Assembly (NCBI GenBank): GCA_964631135.1
Contig: CAZVVZ010000016.1
Location: 3,252-15,087, forward strand
DNA: 11,836 nucleotides
Direction of reading: 5' to 3'
From: an uncultured Eubacteriales bacterium
GTDB lineage: Bacteria; Bacillota; Clostridia; TANB77; RGIG9151
Under the pieces are notes generated by a model. It saw nothing but the letters and a program-made list of their open reading frames with translations. It did not search any database and had not been told where the DNA came from. Below are positions 7,520 to 11,836 of the stretch, one piece after another (within the stretch, counting starts at the first letter, position 1; each line of letters opens with the position of its first letter). The position numbers were made by a program, and so were the translations under genes.

Positions 7520-8953
7520 TTACTTTGATTCAAGCCTCTCTCTAACAATCTTATTGATAACCTGAGGATTTCCTTTGCCCTTACTCTCTTTCATAACCTG
7601 ACCTACTAAAAATCCTATAACATTGGTTTTTCCTTTTTTATAATCTGCTATCGATTTCTCATTTTTTTCTAAAACGCTGTCTATCATTTCTGAAATTGCA
7701 TTTTCATCGCTTAACTGAGCTAAACCTTTTTCTTCTATTATCTGTTTTACATCTTTTCCCGAATTTAATATTTCCTCAAATACAGTTTTCCCGGCTGTAT
7801 TACTAATAGTTCCCTTTTCTATTTCAGCTATTAAATCCGCCAACGTCTCAGGTTTTATACCTACCTCATCTATAGATATTCCTTTCTCATTCATTACTTT
7901 AGAAATATCGCCTAAAATCCAGTTACTTACTGCCTTAGGATTTACTCCTAATTCCACAGTAGCATCAAAAAATTTAGCCAATTCTTTAGTATTAACCAGC
8001 AATGTTGCATCATAATCGGTTAAATTGAACTCAGCCAGATATCTTGCTTTTTTCTTGTCAGGTAATTCAGGTAAGTTATTTTTTATTTCTTCAACATACT
8101 CCTTAGTAAGCACTATAGGTACTAAATCCGGTTCAGGAAAATAACGATAGTCCTGTGCATTTTCTTTCGTTCTCATAACTATGCTTTCACCTTTATCGTC
8201 ATCCCAACGTCTGGTTTCCTGATTTATCTTTTCGCCATTCTCAACAGCCTTTATCTGTCTCTTTATCTCATACTCTATAGCTCTTCCTGTTCCGCTGAAT
8301 GAACTTATATTCTTCATTTCAGTTCTTTGTCCGAATTCTTTAGAGCCCTTTGGCATAATAGACACATTTACATCGCATCTTAAAGAGCCTTCCTGCATTT
8401 TACAGTCGGATACTTCTATGTATCTTAAAATCGTTCTTATCTTCTCTAAAAGTGCCTTTGCTTCTTCTGAGCTTCTCATGTCAGGCTCTGTAACAATCTC
8501 AATAAGCGGTACTCCGCAACGATTCATATCTATTAAAGAACCTGTCCCCCAAGCATTGTGAAGTAATTTACCGGCATCTTCTTCAACATGAATTCTTGTA
8601 ATACCTATTCTTTTTATTTCTCCGTTGACTTCTACATCTAAAAATCCATTTTTGCAAAGCGGTAAATCATATTGTGAAATCTGATATGCCTTCGGTAAAT
8701 CCGGATAAAAATAATTTTTTCTGTCTTGCTTACTAAAAAGTGATATTTCACAGTTCATAGCAAGTCCGGCTTTTACAGCATATTCCACAACTTTTTTATT
8801 CATAACCGGCAAAGTACCGGGCATTCCTGTGCAAACAGGGCAACAATGTGTATTTACATCTCCGCCAAACTCTGTAGTGCAACCACAAAATATTTTAGTT
8901 TTTGTAGATAACTCAGAATGTATTTCAAGACCTATAACACTTTCATATTCCAT
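7520..8953 (-). CDS. gatB: Asp-tRNA(Asn)/Glu-tRNA(Gln) amidotransferase subunit B
   Basis: The 477-aa ORF has the hallmark N-terminus MEYESVIGLEIHSELSTKTKIFCGC, followed by HCCPVCTGMPGTLPV, RKNYFYPDLPKAYQISQYD and a C-terminal GatB/YqeY-type tail. The ATG at 8953..8951 is preceded by AAGGAG with 8-nt spacing. Confidence 0.97.
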   Translation of the reverse strand: MEYESVIGLEIHSELSTKTKIFCGCTTEFGGDVNTHCCPVCTGMPGTLPVMNKKVVEYAVKAGLAMNCEISLFSKQDRKNYFYPDLPKAYQISQYDLPLCKNGFLDVEVNGEIKRIGITRIHVEEDAGKLLHNAWGTGSLIDMNRCGVPLIEIVTEPDMRSSEEAKALLEKIRTILRYIEVSDCKMQEGSLRCDVNVSIMPKGSKEFGQRTEMKNISSFSGTGRAIEYEIKRQIKAVENGEKINQETRRWDDDKGESIVMRTKENAQDYRYFPEPDLVPIVLTKEYVEEIKNNLPELPDKKKARYLAEFNLTDYDATLLVNTKELAKFFDATVELGVNPKAVSNWILGDISKVMNEKGISIDEVGIKPETLADLIAEIEKGTISNTAGKTVFEEILNSGKDVKQIIEEKGLAQLSDENAISEMIDSVLEKNEKSIADYKKGKTNVIGFLVGQVMKESKGKGNPQVINKIVRERLESK

Positions 8954-8967
8954 AATTTCAACTCCTT

Positions 8968-10395
8968 CTACTTCTCAACATTATATGCTACTTTTAAAAT
9001 CATACTCTCATCAAATGCTTTCCCTATAATCTGCATTCCAATAGGTAATCCTTTTTTATCTACCCCGACCGGAACAGAAATTGCAGGAACACCGGCAATA
9101 CTTACAGGCACAGTGCAAACATCCGATAAATACATTTCAAGAGGATTAGCAGTTTTTTCTCCAAGCTTAAAAGCAGTAGTTGGAGCTGTTGGTCCTATTA
9201 TTACATCATATTTATTAAATGCTTTATTAAACTCATCAACAACTAGAGTTCTGGCTTTTAATGCTTTATTATAATATGCATCATAATAACCTGAACTTAA
9301 AACATAAGTTCCAAGCATAATTCTCCTTTTTACCTCAGGTCCAAACCCTTCACTTCTGCTGTTTTCATACAGTTCATTTAAGTCTTCGGCTTTATCACTT
9401 CTATATCCATATTTTACACCATCAAACCTAGATAAATTTGAACTTGCCTCAGCAGATGATAAAATGTAGTAGATGGATAATGCATAATCAACCGTAGGCA
9501 TAGAAAATTCTTCTACCGTTGCTCCTTTTTCTTTCAATTCATCAACTGCTTTTAAAATAGCTTCTTTTACTTCCGGATTTATTCCATCACTGAAAAATTC
9601 TTTAGGAAGCCCTATCTTTAATCCGCTTATATCCTTAACTAATGCTTTTGTATAATCAACATCTCCGATATCTACAGACGTAGAATCGTTTTCGTCTTTA
9701 CCGCATATAGCATTTAACAGTAATGCTGTATCTGTAACATCTTTTGCAAAAGGTCCTATCTGGTCCAGCGAAGATGCAAATGCTATTAGTCCAAACCTCG
9801 AAACAGTTCCATAAGTCGGCTTAAGTCCAACAACTCCACAGAAAGATGCAGGTTCACGAATCGAACCGCCTGTATCTGAGCCTAATGCGAGGGTTGCCTC
9901 ATATGCTGCAACAGCAGCTGCAGAGCCTCCGCTTGAGCCACCGGGAACATGTTCTGTATTATGAGGATTTGCAGTTTTCTGAAAAGCAGAATTTTCTGTA
10001 GATCCACCCATAGCGAACTCATCTAAATTAGCCTTTCCTACCATAATACATTTATTATCTTTCAACTTTTTTACAACAGTTGCATCGTATGGCGGAATAA
10101 AATTTTCAAGCATTTTAGAAGCGCAAGTTGTTCTGATGCCCTTCGTACAAATATTGTCCTTTACTGCAACAGGTATGCCGGCTAAAATCGGTAATTCTTT
10201 TCCTGCATCAAACTCTTTTTGAATTTCTTCTGCCTGTTTTAATGCATTTTCTTTATCTAAACTTAAATATGCTTTTATTTCCGGCTCTTTCTCCTCTATT
10301 CTTCTATATATAGACTCAATAACTTCAGTAACCGTAGTTTCCCCATTTCTATACATTTTTGCAAGTTCATGTGCAGAATACTCATATAATTCCAT
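8968..10395 (-). CDS. gatA: Glutamyl-tRNA(Gln) amidotransferase subunit A (amidase signature family)
   Basis: The amidase signature [13 protein letters not shown] and the surrounding conserved block ([45 protein letters not shown]) are present. I trimmed the 5' end relative to the ORF track (10443). Met17 (ATG 10395..10393, [11 protein letters not shown]) lies downstream of the gatC stop at 10416-10418 and gives a typical 475-aa GatA. The longer ORF would overlap gatC by 28 nt. Confidence 0.93.
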   Translation of the reverse strand: MELYEYSAHELAKMYRNGETTVTEVIESIYRRIEEKEPEIKAYLSLDKENALKQAEEIQKEFDAGKELPILAGIPVAVKDNICTKGIRTTCASKMLENFIPPYDATVVKKLKDNKCIMVGKANLDEFAMGGSTENSAFQKTANPHNTEHVPGGSSGGSAAAVAAYEATLALGSDTGGSIREPASFCGVVGLKPTYGTVSRFGLIAFASSLDQIGPFAKDVTDTALLLNAICGKDENDSTSVDIGDVDYTKALVKDISGLKIGLPKEFFSDGINPEVKEAILKAVDELKEKGATVEEFSMPTVDYALSIYYILSSAEASSNLSRFDGVKYGYRSDKAEDLNELYENSRSEGFGPEVKRRIMLGTYVLSSGYYDAYYNKALKARTLVVDEFNKAFNKYDVIIGPTAPTTAFKLGEKTANPLEMYLSDVCTVPVSIAGVPAISVPVGVDKKGLPIGMQIIGKAFDESMILKVAYNVEK

Positions 10396-10415
10396 TATTT
10401 TCCCAACCCTTTCCG

Positions 10416-10697
10416 CTATATAATGCTTGGTACAACTATGCATCCGGCCTCTTTCGAAGGTGCATTTTTTAATATTTCATCTCTACTGTACGAAGGCTTT
10501 ACAACATCTTCTCTAAAAACATTACTAATTTCTAATATGTGGTTTGTAGGTTTTACTCCGTCAGTATCTAAATTACTTATTTTATTCGCAAATTCTACAA
10601 TATCGTCCATCTGACTAACCAACTTTTCTTTTTCTTCTTCAGATAGATTTAACTTTGCAAGTTTTGCAATATATTCTATATCTTTTGTTGTAATCAT
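10416..10697 (-). CDS. gatC: Glutamyl-tRNA(Gln) amidotransferase subunit C
   Basis: This small protein begins [26 protein letters not shown]...FREDV, which is the typical GatC pattern. It lies directly upstream of gatA-gatB. I chose the third in-frame ATG (10697..10695) because GAGGGGA lies about 9-10 nt upstream and the start then falls after the stop of the upstream gene (10712-10714). The ORF-track start at 10715 is less likely. Confidence 0.88.
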   Translation of the reverse strand: MITTKDIEYIAKLAKLNLSEEEKEKLVSQMDDIVEFANKISNLDTDGVKPTNHILEISNVFREDVVKPSYSRDEILKNAPSKEAGCIVVPSII

Positions 10698-10711
10698 AAA
10701 AATCATTCCCC

Positions 10712-11836
10712 TCATTCTTTAGAAAGCATCATAATTCTTTCAACAATTTTTTTGCCTGCTTCTAAATCTCTAAATTCTAACTGATTCTTCTTTATTCTTA
10801 TCAGCCTTTCTTTATCATTAGCTAAAAGTTTATTAACAGTTTTAATCAATCCGATATTTTCATGATAAAGCAAACCTAGTTCATTTAGAAGTATAAAATC
10901 TATATTACCTTCTTCTTGGCCCGGTAAAGCTCCCGTCACAATAACAGGCAAGGTACATGTAATACACTCCATAAGTACATTAGGGCTACCTCTCACAATT
11001 GCGACATCATGAGTAGTCATAAGATTCTCTACATCTTTCACAAATCCATAAATCGTTACTCTGTCCAAATTATTTTCAAACTTTTTCTCCAAAACTTCCT
11101 TTAGCTTAGTATTCCTGCCTGCAACAGCAGAAATACGGGAATTAGGAACTTTTAATAAATCTTCTATAATAGCTCCCATGTCTCCTGAGCCTTCTCCGCC
11201 ACTCATAATTAAAAAATCTATTTCTTTCTTCTCACGAATAGCCTTTTCGTCAATCATCTTTATTTTTGCGCCGGCTTTTATTATTTCTTTTCTAACCGGA
11301 AGATTTATAATAGAAATTTTATTTTCGTCTACCCCATTTTTTAATGCATATACCCATGCTTCCTTAGTAGGTGCAATCATCAAATCAGCCCTTGGATCAA
11401 CCCATAATGGCGAAATTGAAACCAAATCTGCAAAAACAGTTGCAAATTTAATTTTCTTTTTCCCTTCACGTCTTCTAAGCAAGTCAATTACCGCACTATT
11501 AAATGCCGGATGTACCGTTACTATAATGTCCGGATTAAACTGATTAACAAGTTTATTAAACTTTCTCTTTATCAATCGCTTGACAACACTTTTAACCAAT
11601 TTTGGCTCACTTTCTGTCGTTGTATAAATAAACTTCCACATATCTTCTGAAGTTCGAATTATAGGCGCATATAGTTTACCGATTCTAAGACCCATCTTTC
11701 CGGCAAGCTCAAAAGCTTCAACAGACTTATACTCCACCTCGGGAATTTTATTTAGTTCCTCTTCTAAAGCATTAGTTATACTCTTATGGCCATGCCCTGT
11801 TACATACGATGTTAATATCAAAATTCTTTTCTTCAT
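10712..11836 (-). CDS. Diacylglycerol glycosyltransferase, MGDG-synthase/UgtP-like (GT28 family)
   Basis: The N-terminus KRILILTSYVTGHGHKSITNAL and the C-terminal nucleotide-sugar motif GALPGQEEGNIDFIL are characteristic of the MGDG_synth plus Glyco_tran_28_C architecture (UgtP/MGD-type glycolipid synthases). The ATG occupies the last three bases of the window (11836..11834). The start looks natural (MKKRILIL), but the upstream context cannot be inspected. Confidence 0.78.
   Translation of the reverse strand: MKKRILILTSYVTGHGHKSITNALEEELNKIPEVEYKSVEAFELAGKMGLRIGKLYAPIIRTSEDMWKFIYTTTESEPKLVKSVVKRLIKRKFNKLVNQFNPDIIVTVHPAFNSAVIDLLRRREGKKKIKFATVFADLVSISPLWVDPRADLMIAPTKEAWVYALKNGVDENKISIINLPVRKEIIKAGAKIKMIDEKAIREKKEIDFLIMSGGEGSGDMGAIIEDLLKVPNSRISAVAGRNTKLKEVLEKKFENNLDRVTIYGFVKDVENLMTTHDVAIVRGSPNVLMECITCTLPVIVTGALPGQEEGNIDFILLNELGLLYHENIGLIKTVNKLLANDKERLIRIKKNQLEFRDLEAGKKIVERIMMLSKE

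Noticed and set aside
8829-9274. Plus-strand ORFs 8829-9029 and 8918-9274 spanning the gatA/gatB junction
   Set aside because: Both are antisense to highly conserved gatB and gatA coding sequence. The gap between gatA and gatB is only 14 bp and is occupied by the gatB SD. There are no motifs.
10423-11543. Plus-strand ORFs 10423-10614 and 11178-11543
   Set aside because: These are antisense shadows of gatC and the GT28 glycosyltransferase, with the same low-complexity composition.
1-11836. CRISPR arrays, tRNA or rRNA genes, IS elements, integrases or long direct or inverted repeats
   Set aside because: No spaced repeat periodicity, cloverleaf-like GC-rich segments or transposase/recombinase-like ORFs were seen. 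About 96% of the window is covered by the nine minus-strand CDSs.

Overview
The window looks like core chromosome from a low-GC Firmicute, probably Clostridia or Tissierellia-like judging by AT-richness and protein signatures, though the organism cannot be identified from the sequence alone. All supportable genes lie on the minus strand. In transcription order (right to left) they are: a GT28/MGDG-synthase-family glycolipid glycosyltransferase, gatC, gatA, gatB, miaB, an unrecognisable 600-aa protein, and mutS. A 189-bp AT-rich gap follows, then a type IV pilus platform gene (pilC/gspF family) and the 5' end of a type IV pilin that runs off the left edge. From the glycosyltransferase to mutS the intergenic gaps are at most about 37 bp and contain no visible terminators, so this stretch reads as one operon-like array. 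I see no rRNA, tRNA, CRISPR array, transposase, integrase or long repeat. The only real candidate for something undescribed is the 600-aa orphan at 4267-6069, between miaB and mutS. It has a strong Shine-Dalgarno and a GTG start, and I recognise no catalytic or nucleotide-binding motif, signal peptide or TM segment in it. By rough hand counts it is more AT-rich than its neighbours. I cannot assign it a function, and no partner genes are visible that would make it a multi-gene system. Smaller points are the pilus genes sitting where mutL usually follows mutS, with no pilB ATPase upstream of pilC, a 17-bp palindrome between pilC and the pilin gene, and several non-ATG or ambiguous start codons. 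All plus-strand ORFs in the track appear to be antisense shadows.
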